Below are positions 27,339 to 36,829 of a stretch of 57,709 bases of DNA, one piece after another. Both the position numbers and the translations under genes were made by a program. Source of the stretch: a virus (lineage: Duplodnaviria; Caudoviricetes). Every line of letters begins with the position of its first letter. Position 1 is the stretch's first letter. The notes under the pieces are model-generated. The model was not told the origin of the DNA. It was given only the letters and a program-made list of their open reading frames with translations, and made no database searches. The stretch covers positions 1-57,709 of the IMG/VR virus record IMGVR_UViG_3300025392_000646, one strand, 5' to 3'.

Positions 27339-29168
27339 TTAAATTTTCGTGTCATCTAACAAATTATTCTCATCTAAAAAGCTTGTTTTTACAGGTTTTT
27401 CAGTTTTTTCCTTTAAAATAGTTTTCTTTTTAGATGAAATTCCATTAATATATAGTTTAGCTTGTCTAGCTGTGCTTTCCATTCTAGTATCTCTTTTTCT
27501 TGGTGCTTCATTTTCTTTGTTACCTAAAGGGTCTCTACCTAATGGATGTTTATCTTTACCATAAGTGTTTCCCTCTCTTGGTCTACCACCTTTATTCTTT
27601 TCAAATTCTAACTCATCAATCATAGCCTGTCCACTTCTTTCAGCTGCAAGTTTCTCTTTAAGATTACTTATTTCTTCTTCAACATTTGTTTGTTGTGGTG
27701 GATTAGCTGGGTCTTGTCCTTGCTGTTCAATTGATGTATATCTGAATCTATCTTTTAAATCATTAATTAATCTAGTTCTTTCAGTATTTATTTCTTCTGA
27801 ACTCATTTCGAATACATTATGGAATACCCAATCAGTAGATAACATATTCAAATTCTTCATATCAGTTGCCAATCTAACTTTCTCACTCCATAAGTTTACT
27901 TTCTCTTGCTCATAAATTGTAGAAGCGTTTGTTAATTTTAATTCAAAATTAATCATTTCAGCATCATCAATACCTTGTCCAGCTAAGTGAACAATTGCAA
28001 TCTTACTTAATTCACTTACTACAGTCTTTTGTATTCTTTCAATAGTTCTAGCAAAACGAACATCTTGTGCTGCTAATGTAGCTTTACCATTTACATCTTC
28101 TTCATATCCTAAAAATGCTTTAGGTATTTTAAGTGCTGCAAATAGTTTAGCTTTTAAATAATCAATATCTTCAATTGCTGCGTATTCTAATCCTGCTAAG
28201 TTATCAATAGAAGTACCACTATCACCACCTCTAACCGGTAAGAAGAAATCTTCCGTAAGGTTTTGCATATTGTACTTTAAGTTGTAATCACCACTGTTTT
28301 GGTCAATAAAAGGAGTTTTTTTCATTTTATTGATAATCTTCTGCATGTAATTATCAACTTCGGTTGGAGGAATATTACCAATATCTATTTTAAATATTCT
28401 TTTTTCAGGTGCTCTCATAATTCTATGAATCATCATAGCATCTTCCATTAAAGATATTTGTTTCCAAACACGTCTACCACCTTCAATCATAGCTTTACCA
28501 TAAGGAAGGAAGTTTGTATCTGATAATAAACGGAAGTGAGCCATTTCATAGTTCTCATATTCCTTTTTACCAGAAGTATCTAATTCAACTTTAAATTTAA
28601 CATAGTTAGGATTGTTTGGGTCCATACCCTCTAATCTTTCTACATTATATGCTGAGTAAGGCATTACATTAATAATTCCTTTACCTGGTTCAATCTCCAA
28701 TGCTAAGAAGAAATCACCATACTTACACATATTTCTAACCCAAGGCCATAAGTTAAATTCTACATTTATTACATCATAGAATAAGTTATCTAATAAAGCC
28801 TTTACATCATCGTTTGATGAATGTATTTGTAATATATCTCCGTATTCGTTCTTTGTTGTAGATTCATCAGCGTATATATCCAATGCTGATGTAATGATTG
28901 GGTCATTATCCATAGCATCATAATCTCTGAATAATTCTCTACGAACTTGGTGATATGCCATAGATTGTGCACCACCCTGTTGTTCATAGAATGACCTTTG
29001 TAACTTAGTATATCTATCTCTAAGGTTTACAAAGTTAGTATTACGTTGTCTATAATCCGTATCTACTACTTTAGCTCTACCTTGAGCATCTCTCCTTAAA
29101 ATTGTTTGTTGTGAAAATAGCTTCTTCAGTCTATTAAAAAAACCACCTTCTTGAAATTGTTCTGCCAT
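27339..29168 (-). CDS. gp20: Portal vertex protein, T4 gp20-like
   Basis: LMEDAMMIHRIMRAPEKRIFKIDIGNIP, EDFFLPVRGG..GTSIDNLAG, IEDIDYLKAKLFAALKIP. Confidence 0.96.
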   Translation of the reverse strand: MAEQFQEGGFFNRLKKLFSQQTILRRDAQGRAKVVDTDYRQRNTNFVNLRDRYTKLQRSFYEQQGGAQSMAYHQVRRELFRDYDAMDNDPIITSALDIYADESTTKNEYGDILQIHSSNDDVKALLDNLFYDVINVEFNLWPWVRNMCKYGDFFLALEIEPGKGIINVMPYSAYNVERLEGMDPNNPNYVKFKVELDTSGKKEYENYEMAHFRLLSDTNFLPYGKAMIEGGRRVWKQISLMEDAMMIHRIMRAPEKRIFKIDIGNIPPTEVDNYMQKIINKMKKTPFIDQNSGDYNLKYNMQNLTEDFFLPVRGGDSGTSIDNLAGLEYAAIEDIDYLKAKLFAALKIPKAFLGYEEDVNGKATLAAQDVRFARTIERIQKTVVSELSKIAIVHLAGQGIDDAEMINFELKLTNASTIYEQEKVNLWSEKVRLATDMKNLNMLSTDWVFHNVFEMSSEEINTERTRLINDLKDRFRYTSIEQQGQDPANPPQQTNVEEEISNLKEKLAAERSGQAMIDELEFEKNKGGRPREGNTYGKDKHPLGRDPLGNKENEAPRKRDTRMESTARQAKLYINGISSKKKTILKEKTEKPVKTSFLDENNLLDDTKI

Positions 29169-29217
29169 AATTTATTTTGTTTGCAATTTATGCAATTACA
29201 ATATTTAAGTTATATCT

Positions 29218-29226
29218 TATAAATAT
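29218..29226 (-). promoter_or_regulatory. Putative late promoter motif (portal)
   Basis: Exact motif upstream of ATG 29168. Confidence 0.6.
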
Positions 29227-29244
29227 CGTAAAATATTAAAACCC

Positions 29245-30849
29245 CTACAACCATTGAGATAAGTCTTCCCAATCATCTCCATTTCTCATTTTCCAAGGAT
29301 TCTGGTCATTCTGCATTATATTGTTATTACCATAAACACCCATATAAGTTGTACTTTGTGTAATACCACCCAATGCTTGTTTAGTTAAATCAATACCTTG
29401 CTGTCTTAATCTTAATGCAGTATCTCTAACCCACAATCCAATTGATAATGACATTGTCAAGTCATCATTATATCCTTTCATAGCTTCTGCTCTACCATTA
29501 ATCCAAATGAAAGTAAATAACTCATCAATCAAACGAGATGAACGAATTGTAATTGCTTTCTCTTTAAAATATTCTTCTAACTTAGATATGATAAGAGGTC
29601 TAGTTCTGGATGTAGTTGAGAATCCAGCTACCAATCCTTTTTCTTGTGCTCTATATTTGTTTGTCATCTGATTTTCAACATCCACATATTTTAAGTCCGT
29701 ACTCATATAGAATAGGTTCTTATAGTTTCTATCAATGACTTGTTGGATAGCTGCCCAACCAATATTTGCATTTTCTATTACTAATAAGGCATCATTATAT
29801 TCAGTTGCAATACTAACTAAAAAGTTTCCAAAATCTTTTGTATCCATTTTACCCTTATATTCTGCAACTTGAATTGCGTTTTGAATATCTATCACATGAA
29901 ATGCGGAATAATCGGCGCTATCACCTCTGGCCACATCGGCCACAACCATATATGATTTTGAATAATCAGGGTATTCCCATCTCCAAAGATTATGGTCTAT
30001 ACCATCTTTTATAATTGGTTCTTGAGCATATGTTTCTTTATAGAACATTAATAATTCTGGGTCTATTACATTATCACCAGAAGATACGAAGTCACAATCG
30101 CATTCTTGAGCTGCTCCTTTCTTTCCTAATAATTCTTCCTGTAAATCTCTCCACTTTTGGTCTCTCTCAGGGTGAACAGTCCAGTGTAATCTGATTGTAT
30201 TAAATGGATTTCTACTTTCCTCTGCTCCCATCCAAGTTTGGTGAAACCAGTTACCCACACCATTAGGAGTAGATAATGCAATACAACTACCACCCGTTGA
30301 TAATGTAGATTGAGCTGATGTCCAAATCTCATCAATATCATCAATGAATGCAGCCTCATCAAATATAAGTAAAGATAGGGCTTCAGAACGTCCTGCATCA
30401 GGAGAACTAGCAATAGCCTTAATTTGAGAGCCGTTTGTTAATCGAAGGGAAAGTTTGTTATCTTCCATAGACCCGTTCTTAAGCCAACTAGGAAGCAACT
30501 CATGCATCACTCTTACTTTTGTAACCAAGTTCTTTGCAACATCTTGCTTTGTTGCAATAACCAATACGTTAAAGTCTTGGTTAAATATCATTTTCCATAA
30601 TGAGAATCCAGCACAAAGAGTAGATATACCCGTTTGTCTTGATTTCAATACTATATTAAATCTATTATCTTTAAATTGAGTTAATGTACTTTCTTGGAAC
30701 GGAAATAATTGAAATGGTATTTTACCTCTTACAGGGTGCTGAATCATACAATACTTTTTCATAAAGTGTATTGGGTCAGTAGCACACTTCTTATATTCTT
30801 CCGCAATAATCTCTTTTAAAGATTTCTTTTGTGTTATACCAGTAGCCAT
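29245..30849 (-). CDS. gp17: Terminase large subunit, T4 gp17-like
   Basis: KCATDPIHF, Walker A region KSRQTGIST, Walker B LIFDEAAF, coupling motif STPNG, nuclease VADVARG and NDDL. Confidence 0.96.
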   Translation of the reverse strand: MATGITQKKSLKEIIAEEYKKCATDPIHFMKKYCMIQHPVRGKIPFQLFPFQESTLTQFKDNRFNIVLKSRQTGISTLCAGFSLWKMIFNQDFNVLVIATKQDVAKNLVTKVRVMHELLPSWLKNGSMEDNKLSLRLTNGSQIKAIASSPDAGRSEALSLLIFDEAAFIDDIDEIWTSAQSTLSTGGSCIALSTPNGVGNWFHQTWMGAEESRNPFNTIRLHWTVHPERDQKWRDLQEELLGKKGAAQECDCDFVSSGDNVIDPELLMFYKETYAQEPIIKDGIDHNLWRWEYPDYSKSYMVVADVARGDSADYSAFHVIDIQNAIQVAEYKGKMDTKDFGNFLVSIATEYNDALLVIENANIGWAAIQQVIDRNYKNLFYMSTDLKYVDVENQMTNKYRAQEKGLVAGFSTTSRTRPLIISKLEEYFKEKAITIRSSRLIDELFTFIWINGRAEAMKGYNDDLTMSLSIGLWVRDTALRLRQQGIDLTKQALGGITQSTTYMGVYGNNNIMQNDQNPWKMRNGDDWEDLSQWL

Positions 30850-30850
30850 A

Positions 30851-31534
30851 TTAATCTTTTGGTGCTTTCACCAAATCGTAGTTTTTATCTTTTAATTTCT
30901 CCCAAGCTTCATTTCGTAATTTGGTTACTTCTTCAACTTCTTTTTCAAAGTTCATAATATCAACCAATATTTCTGCTTTCATTGTTTCGGCATCTTTTTC
31001 CATAGTCCATTTTTCAAGTTCTCCTTTTTCATTGGCTACTTCATATACTTGCTTAACATCATTATAAGCTTGTTTGAATTGAGCTATAACATCTTTTCCG
31101 TGGTCTATCATATTTGAGTAGATTTTATAATCCTCATACTCTTTCCATAAACCATCATATTTTATTTGAGCTTCTTTTTTTGTAAGACATCCTAAACAAT
31201 ATCCAGTTTTGGATATTAATTTTTTATCAACCCTACCAATTTTAATTGTTTGACAATCTTCAGCTTTACAGCTATTTAACTTATCTAAGTAAGCTCTTGT
31301 TTCAGCCATAATATCACCAAGCTCTGAAACTTTAATTTTACCAGCTTCCATTTGCTCCCAGCTATCACCATTAGCATCTGTCCACTTTTCACCAACCTTT
31401 CTTTTCTTTTCTTTTTTACCAGCATCCGAAAATGAAATAAATGCTTCTTTTTCGTATTCGTTTCCATGTAAAACCATATCAACCAACTTTCTACGAGTTG
31501 GGTGCATAAACTTTTTATTAAATTCCTTTGCCAT
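30851..31534 (-). CDS. Hypothetical protein upstream of TerL (terminase small subunit candidate)
   Basis: One base separates its stop from the gp17 start; Cys cluster CKAEDC...CLGC; C-terminal coiled-coil. The TerS role rests on position only. Confidence 0.4.
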   Translation of the reverse strand: MAKEFNKKFMHPTRRKLVDMVLHGNEYEKEAFISFSDAGKKEKKRKVGEKWTDANGDSWEQMEAGKIKVSELGDIMAETRAYLDKLNSCKAEDCQTIKIGRVDKKLISKTGYCLGCLTKKEAQIKYDGLWKEYEDYKIYSNMIDHGKDVIAQFKQAYNDVKQVYEVANEKGELEKWTMEKDAETMKAEILVDIMNFEKEVEEVTKLRNEAWEKLKDKNYDLVKAPKD

Positions 31535-31557
31535 ATTATATACGATATATTTGTATA

Positions 31558-31566
31558 TATAAGTAT
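31558..31566 (-). promoter_or_regulatory. Putative late promoter variant ATACTTATA (terminase operon)
   Basis: One mismatch to the consensus, upstream of ATG 31534. Confidence 0.5.
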
Positions 31567-31585
31567 ATCAAAATAAATAAAACGA

Positions 31586-34500
31586 TTATCTTCCGAACTT
31601 AAAGATACCTAAAATTTGATTTAAAGGTGCAAATGCTCCAGTTAATTTGTATGTATTTCCTTTATATGTAAATACCAATCCTTCATTTGGTACAATTTTA
31701 TCAAATCCACCTAAAGCATCCATTCTAGATAATTCTAATTCAAGCTTTTCAATTTTCTTAGCATCTCCAGTAGCTCTAATATCAGATACAGCATTTTGTA
31801 AATCAGATACTAATTTTTTCTTAGCTGCATCTGGGTTTGCTGTTAATACTGAACTCATAAATGATAATACTTCCGCACCAACTCCTAAAAATATTTCTTC
31901 AAATTTAATAAGATTATCTTTTGATATTTTATTTTGGTCTTTTTTATCTATACCATCTGCCCATGCTTTTATTTTAGCATCTTTAATATCTGCTATTCTA
32001 AATGATTTATCACCAAAAGCCCATCTCTTAATCAATCCTATTTTTTGTTGAGGGTCTAATTTTTTTGCATTCTTATCAACAAAGTTTGTCCACCAAGCTT
32101 GATGATAATCTGCTACACCATTTTTATCAGTTAATCCAAACTCAGATTGTAATTTAGAAATCATTCCTAAATATTTACCTTGTTTTGATGAAAGGTCTTG
32201 GGATTTTGGAAGTGTTTGTACTGGAGGTCCTTGTATTGTATATGTAGATTGTACATGCTGATTAACTTGCTTAATCATACCTGCCAATATTTTAGCTGCT
32301 TCTTGATTTTCTCCAATTACATTACCTGCATCATCATATTCAAATGTTCCGTGAAATACTAATAAAGGTTGTCCGTAAGGAATAACATTTGCGTTTTGTG
32401 GATATATTACTTCCAAGTTCATAAAAGATTTACCATCTTGGAATATTTTCTTTTTTTGAGCTTCCGATAAAGCAGATATTGCTTTATTTAAATCATTCAT
32501 TGCGAATGTATATGCATCGGTTAATGCACCTCTTCCGGCAAAGTTAGATGCTACTTGTCCAATTGTCATTGCACCTGCACCTTTATTCTTTAAATGTGAT
32601 TTATTACGAGCGGCTACTAATCTACCATTTACCCAACTAATTGCTAATGCCTGTCCATCGGTTTTTTCTCTAGCCGCTTCCAATTCACCATTAAGTGCTT
32701 TTTTAACAATTGTTTTTAAATCTCCAAATGTAAGATTCATAGATAAATCAAATGGATGATTCATATGTCCATAAGCCCCACCTTCTGTTATCAAACCTTC
32801 TTTAATTACAGGTATAGAACTTTTAGTTTGTACTTTTTTTAAAAATTTGTTTGGATTAACAACTTTTCTATTTGGTAATGTATGGTCCATTTGTCCATTT
32901 TCATCCGAGTGATTAAATATTGGTAATGTTAAATGCTCTATGTCTTTAAAATGGTCAGATTCATGTTTTACCATTTTCCAACCTTTTAAATCACCAATAT
33001 ATTTTTTCTTATCTCTAAATTCTTTCCAATTTGCATTATGCTCACTATTAATACCATCTGCATTTGCATAATCAAATCCACTAATTTCGTTAATATTTTC
33101 TTTTTGTAATTTTTCTATTTGTTTATTTAATTTATCAATATCTGCTCTAACTTTCATTTGTGCAGGTGAGTTTGGCATCATTTTTAAAGCCTTAATAAAC
33201 AAAGCCATTCTAACTTTTTCTAAATCTCTTACACTTACACTTTCATATAATTGTTCATTTGGTGGTGTAATTGATTGTTTTAAATGGTCAGGTGTCCCAC
33301 CTTCATCTCCACCATGATTGAAAATTGGTAATTGTCTATCTATAACAGATTTAGGGAAAGCTTTTGTATCAGTAGATGTATGCGAATGAACTTCCCAACC
33401 TGGTAATTTTGCAGTGTAATATTCTTGCTTATCAAATTCTTTCCAAGTTTTATTATGTTCAGCTCCAGTTGTTGAGTTTGCGCTATCAGCCTGTGAAGTG
33501 GCATCATTTGTTACTTTATTCTTTCCCCCAAAAGGACTTATTCCAATATCACTCATCGAACCACCACCAGTATCACTATCTTCTGTTATTACTTTGTTTT
33601 CATCTATTGGAGCTTCAATTGGTCCTCTATCATTAAACTCATCATAATAATTGTAATCTCTAGAAATATTATTTTTAGCTATTTCAACAGCTTGTCTAAC
33701 ATCAGACATATTTTCTAGTTCCCTCTGAGCTCCTCTATAAATTTGATTTTTAATATCAGATGGGTCTACTTTGTATTTAAGAGCCATATCTGAAATTGAA
33801 TTATGATTAAATTGTCCACCAACAGCTAATGCTTCTTTTTCAATTGTTGCTAACTTTTCGTAATAATGTAAATCTTCCCATAAATGGTCCATAGCAATTT
33901 CAGTAGCTATATGAGCATCTGTTGTATGTTCCATTTCAACTTTAATACCTTTTAATAATTGAGGTTTAATATATTCTTTTGCAAATTGAGTTGGTTCGTA
34001 ATATCCTTTTTTATCCCATCTTTTAGCTAAATCAATTAAAGTTTTACCTTTAGCTAATCCACCGGGTATTCTATCCTCAACACCCTCATGCTTATGTATT
34101 TCAATCGCTTTAAGTTGTCTTAATGCCGAAGCGTAGGATTTATGTGTACCTAATCTATCCCCTCCCTTTTTAGGATATACAGCCCATTCATTATCACCAA
34201 CCTTTTTAATAGTTTCATATATTGCTGAATTATCATGTCCGCATTTATGGCAAACATATGGGTCATTTCCACCATCTTTGTAAAACCATTCCCACCCACA
34301 TTTTGAACATTTTACTTTTGTATAATCAGAATCCAAAGCTTCTTCAACAGGCTCATATCCTGCTAAACCGGTTTTTTTTCTTAACTTTTTACTTAACTTA
34401 TTTGTTTCTTTTCCAGTTGGTGCACCATTAATATATCCAGAAGGTAAATTTAATCCAGTTCCGATTCCACCAGGAAATCCACCAGCAGCAGGTGCTCCAG

Positions 34501-35200
34501 CTCCAGCAGCTCCAGTCCCAAATCCAAATTCACTTAATGGTTTATATGCATATTTGTCATTTAATTCAGTAATTTGAATACTTTCATAAATTCCTTCTTT
34601 TGCAAACTTAGATAATTTAAGAGTAATTAATTTGAATATTTGCTCATCAAATTTTGGATAAGCTTTCATAAAGTTTTTCTTCTTATCAGCCTCACTTCCC
34701 TTACTTAACCAATTTCTCACATCAGTTCCACTAATAGGATTAGATACAGCAGGTGCTGCATAAACATATCCAGCATCTTTATACCCAGTATCTATTTTAC
34801 CATCTTTATATGGTCTAAAATATTTTCCACCCAATCTCATTTCATCTTTTTCACCTACCGCAGAAACCACCGCAGTTGTATTTGCATTGTATTTATCTAA
34901 TACTTCATTTGGAGCATACGGATTTTTAACCTGAACTATTTTGTTTGAAGGTATTCCAAACATTTTAGTCATTATAGCTTTTTTATCCTTAAAATCGAAA
35001 GGTGATTTGTTATTATCGGTCACATTTGAAGTTGCGATATATACATTATCAGAACCAAATTTCTTACATAGGTTTTGATATGTTGCGTAGTGACCCTTAT
35101 GAAAAGGTTGAAAGCGGCCAGAATACACACAAATTATCTTTGTGATATCCGCCGCTTCCATTAATATTGATTCAACTAAGAATTGAGATAATCCATTCAT
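31586..35200 (-). CDS. Mosaic 1204-aa protein: HxGH cytidylyltransferase-like domain, small head modules (DUF5661-like) and a DUF6267/RNA-ligase-like domain
   Basis: N-terminal YSGRFQPFHKGH ... ISGTDVR; central KGIKVEMEHT...EIAMDHLWEDLHYYEKL; C-terminal EGGAYGHMNHPFD, EKTDGQ, NLEVIY, LVFHG, NEGLVF, YKLTG. Confidence 0.75.
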   Translation of the reverse strand: MNGLSQFLVESILMEAADITKIICVYSGRFQPFHKGHYATYQNLCKKFGSDNVYIATSNVTDNNKSPFDFKDKKAIMTKMFGIPSNKIVQVKNPYAPNEVLDKYNANTTAVVSAVGEKDEMRLGGKYFRPYKDGKIDTGYKDAGYVYAAPAVSNPISGTDVRNWLSKGSEADKKKNFMKAYPKFDEQIFKLITLKLSKFAKEGIYESIQITELNDKYAYKPLSEFGFGTGAAGAGAPAAGGFPGGIGTGLNLPSGYINGAPTGKETNKLSKKLRKKTGLAGYEPVEEALDSDYTKVKCSKCGWEWFYKDGGNDPYVCHKCGHDNSAIYETIKKVGDNEWAVYPKKGGDRLGTHKSYASALRQLKAIEIHKHEGVEDRIPGGLAKGKTLIDLAKRWDKKGYYEPTQFAKEYIKPQLLKGIKVEMEHTTDAHIATEIAMDHLWEDLHYYEKLATIEKEALAVGGQFNHNSISDMALKYKVDPSDIKNQIYRGAQRELENMSDVRQAVEIAKNNISRDYNYYDEFNDRGPIEAPIDENKVITEDSDTGGGSMSDIGISPFGGKNKVTNDATSQADSANSTTGAEHNKTWKEFDKQEYYTAKLPGWEVHSHTSTDTKAFPKSVIDRQLPIFNHGGDEGGTPDHLKQSITPPNEQLYESVSVRDLEKVRMALFIKALKMMPNSPAQMKVRADIDKLNKQIEKLQKENINEISGFDYANADGINSEHNANWKEFRDKKKYIGDLKGWKMVKHESDHFKDIEHLTLPIFNHSDENGQMDHTLPNRKVVNPNKFLKKVQTKSSIPVIKEGLITEGGAYGHMNHPFDLSMNLTFGDLKTIVKKALNGELEAAREKTDGQALAISWVNGRLVAARNKSHLKNKGAGAMTIGQVASNFAGRGALTDAYTFAMNDLNKAISALSEAQKKKIFQDGKSFMNLEVIYPQNANVIPYGQPLLVFHGTFEYDDAGNVIGENQEAAKILAGMIKQVNQHVQSTYTIQGPPVQTLPKSQDLSSKQGKYLGMISKLQSEFGLTDKNGVADYHQAWWTNFVDKNAKKLDPQQKIGLIKRWAFGDKSFRIADIKDAKIKAWADGIDKKDQNKISKDNLIKFEEIFLGVGAEVLSFMSSVLTANPDAAKKKLVSDLQNAVSDIRATGDAKKIEKLELELSRMDALGGFDKIVPNEGLVFTYKGNTYKLTGAFAPLNQILGIFKFGR

Positions 35201-35219
35201 TATATAGCTCTATTTACTA

Positions 35220-35228
35220 TATAAATAT
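35220..35228 (-). promoter_or_regulatory. Putative late promoter motif (1204-aa protein)
   Basis: Exact motif upstream of ATG 35200. Confidence 0.6.
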
Positions 35229-35234
35229 AGGGGT

Positions 35235-35630
35235 TTAATCTTTTACCACTCTCATACCATCTTGTGGTTGAGATTGTTGAGATGCTTGTTCTAACATTTG
35301 CTTTCTTGTAGGTGCACCAGGTTGGTATTGAACTGTACCATTTTGTACATCTATTCTTGCTTGAGGATATTTTTCATCGACATCTTCTCCAATTTTATTT
35401 AATTTTTGATTAAATAATTTAAAATCGTTTTGAGCTTGTTCTAGCGCTTCTTCAATTTTTTCCAATTCTTCGGTAATTTCTAATTTTCTCAAATACAATT
35501 GACCTGTCTGAGCTACTACATTGTTAGTTTTAGTGTTAAACTCTTTAATTTGATTTAAAGTATCATCATCCAATTTTACAGTTTCAATTGTTAAATTTGT
35601 TTGCTGTGGGATGTTATCTAATTCTGCCAT
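35235..35630 (-). CDS. Coiled-coil protein, paralog of 38517-38801
   Basis: GQLYLR...EKYPQARIDVQNGTV aligns with GQIHLR...SQYPMGEIDLKEGTV. Confidence 0.55.
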   Translation of the reverse strand: MAELDNIPQQTNLTIETVKLDDDTLNQIKEFNTKTNNVVAQTGQLYLRKLEITEELEKIEEALEQAQNDFKLFNQKLNKIGEDVDEKYPQARIDVQNGTVQYQPGAPTRKQMLEQASQQSQPQDGMRVVKD

Positions 35631-35680
35631 AAAATATTGTTTTTTATTTGTTTATATATAATTATCCTATTTTTTAATTT

Positions 35681-36829
35681 TTATAGGAATTTTTCTAATT
35701 CTTGTATTACCATTTCGGATGTTATTGATTTAGTACACTCAAACTGTCTATCAGTTCCTTTATGGTCAGGACACCAATTCCAATCACCAGCATCTAATCT
35801 TAATCTATTAAAACATCCTTCGCATTTACCTTTTGGTGCACCAATTCTTATACATTCTTGCATTTCTGCCCATTTATAAGAGAATCCACTTATTAAAACA
35901 GTTGGTACATCTAAAGCCCAACTTAACCAACTTAATCCACTACCAATTCCAATAAATGCTTTTGATTTTTTCATTTCATCCATTACTAATTCCAATGGTC
36001 CTTCTGGGTGTTTGATTACTCCATTTGGTAAAAGATTTCCCATATAATTATCACCTTCTTTAGATAATAATCTAACAGTATATCCCCTATCATTTAACCA
36101 ATCAACTACATCTTGCCATCCAGCTTTATTATTCCAAAATTTAGATTGTGCAGTTCCAAAGGTAGCTATACATACTTGTTTAGTACCATCATTTACTACA
36201 ACAGGTCTTTGTTTTATTTTTGGTTTAACTTCTTTATATTGTAATCCTAAAATATCAGAACACATTTTTTGCATTGTTTGCTCTCTAAAATTATTTGGAT
36301 TTTTCAAATGGTTAATTGAATCATCATCGTTATAAAATAAACCAATTGCATACATTGCGTATAAGTCTTGTACATTCGTACCAGGTTTAACAAATTCTAT
36401 TTCTGGATATTGTTTTTCAAACATATCATTCATAAATGTAGATGCTACAACTTTACAATTATGTATTTTTCTAAATTCATCTAAATATGGAAACCATGCT
36501 AAAGAATCTCCCAATGCCTTTGAATCCAATGCAATATAAACTCTTTTATTATTTGCATTATAAAGATGTTCATAAAATAATTCTCCATTTTCAAATATTC
36601 GTATTTTCCATTCTACAAAATATTCAATACTGCATCTAGTCCACATATTATTTTTAATATTACCAGTATAATAATTTCTACCAGTTTTATTATCTATAAA
36701 TTCAATACGATAATCAGCATCTTTACTTCCTTTAACTTCTACAAATGGTCCTCTAACAAAATGAATTATCACTTGGTTTTTAACCTCAACTATATTATTT
36801 TCATTCTTTTTTAAATTATCGTAAATCAT
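35681..36829 (-). CDS. AAH/TibC-like (autotransporter) protein O-heptosyltransferase, GT-B/GT9-related
   Basis: RVYIALDSKALGDSLAWFPY; QSKFWNN..GW..VVD.L; FIGIGSGLSWLSWAL..PTVLISGFS; Cys motif CEGCFN...WNWCPDHKGTDRQFECTKSIT resembles the iron-binding motif of this family. Likely ATG at 36829 overlaps the upstream stop (TAATG). Confidence 0.8.
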   Translation of the reverse strand: MIYDNLKKNENNIVEVKNQVIIHFVRGPFVEVKGSKDADYRIEFIDNKTGRNYYTGNIKNNMWTRCSIEYFVEWKIRIFENGELFYEHLYNANNKRVYIALDSKALGDSLAWFPYLDEFRKIHNCKVVASTFMNDMFEKQYPEIEFVKPGTNVQDLYAMYAIGLFYNDDDSINHLKNPNNFREQTMQKMCSDILGLQYKEVKPKIKQRPVVVNDGTKQVCIATFGTAQSKFWNNKAGWQDVVDWLNDRGYTVRLLSKEGDNYMGNLLPNGVIKHPEGPLELVMDEMKKSKAFIGIGSGLSWLSWALDVPTVLISGFSYKWAEMQECIRIGAPKGKCEGCFNRLRLDAGDWNWCPDHKGTDRQFECTKSITSEMVIQELEKFL

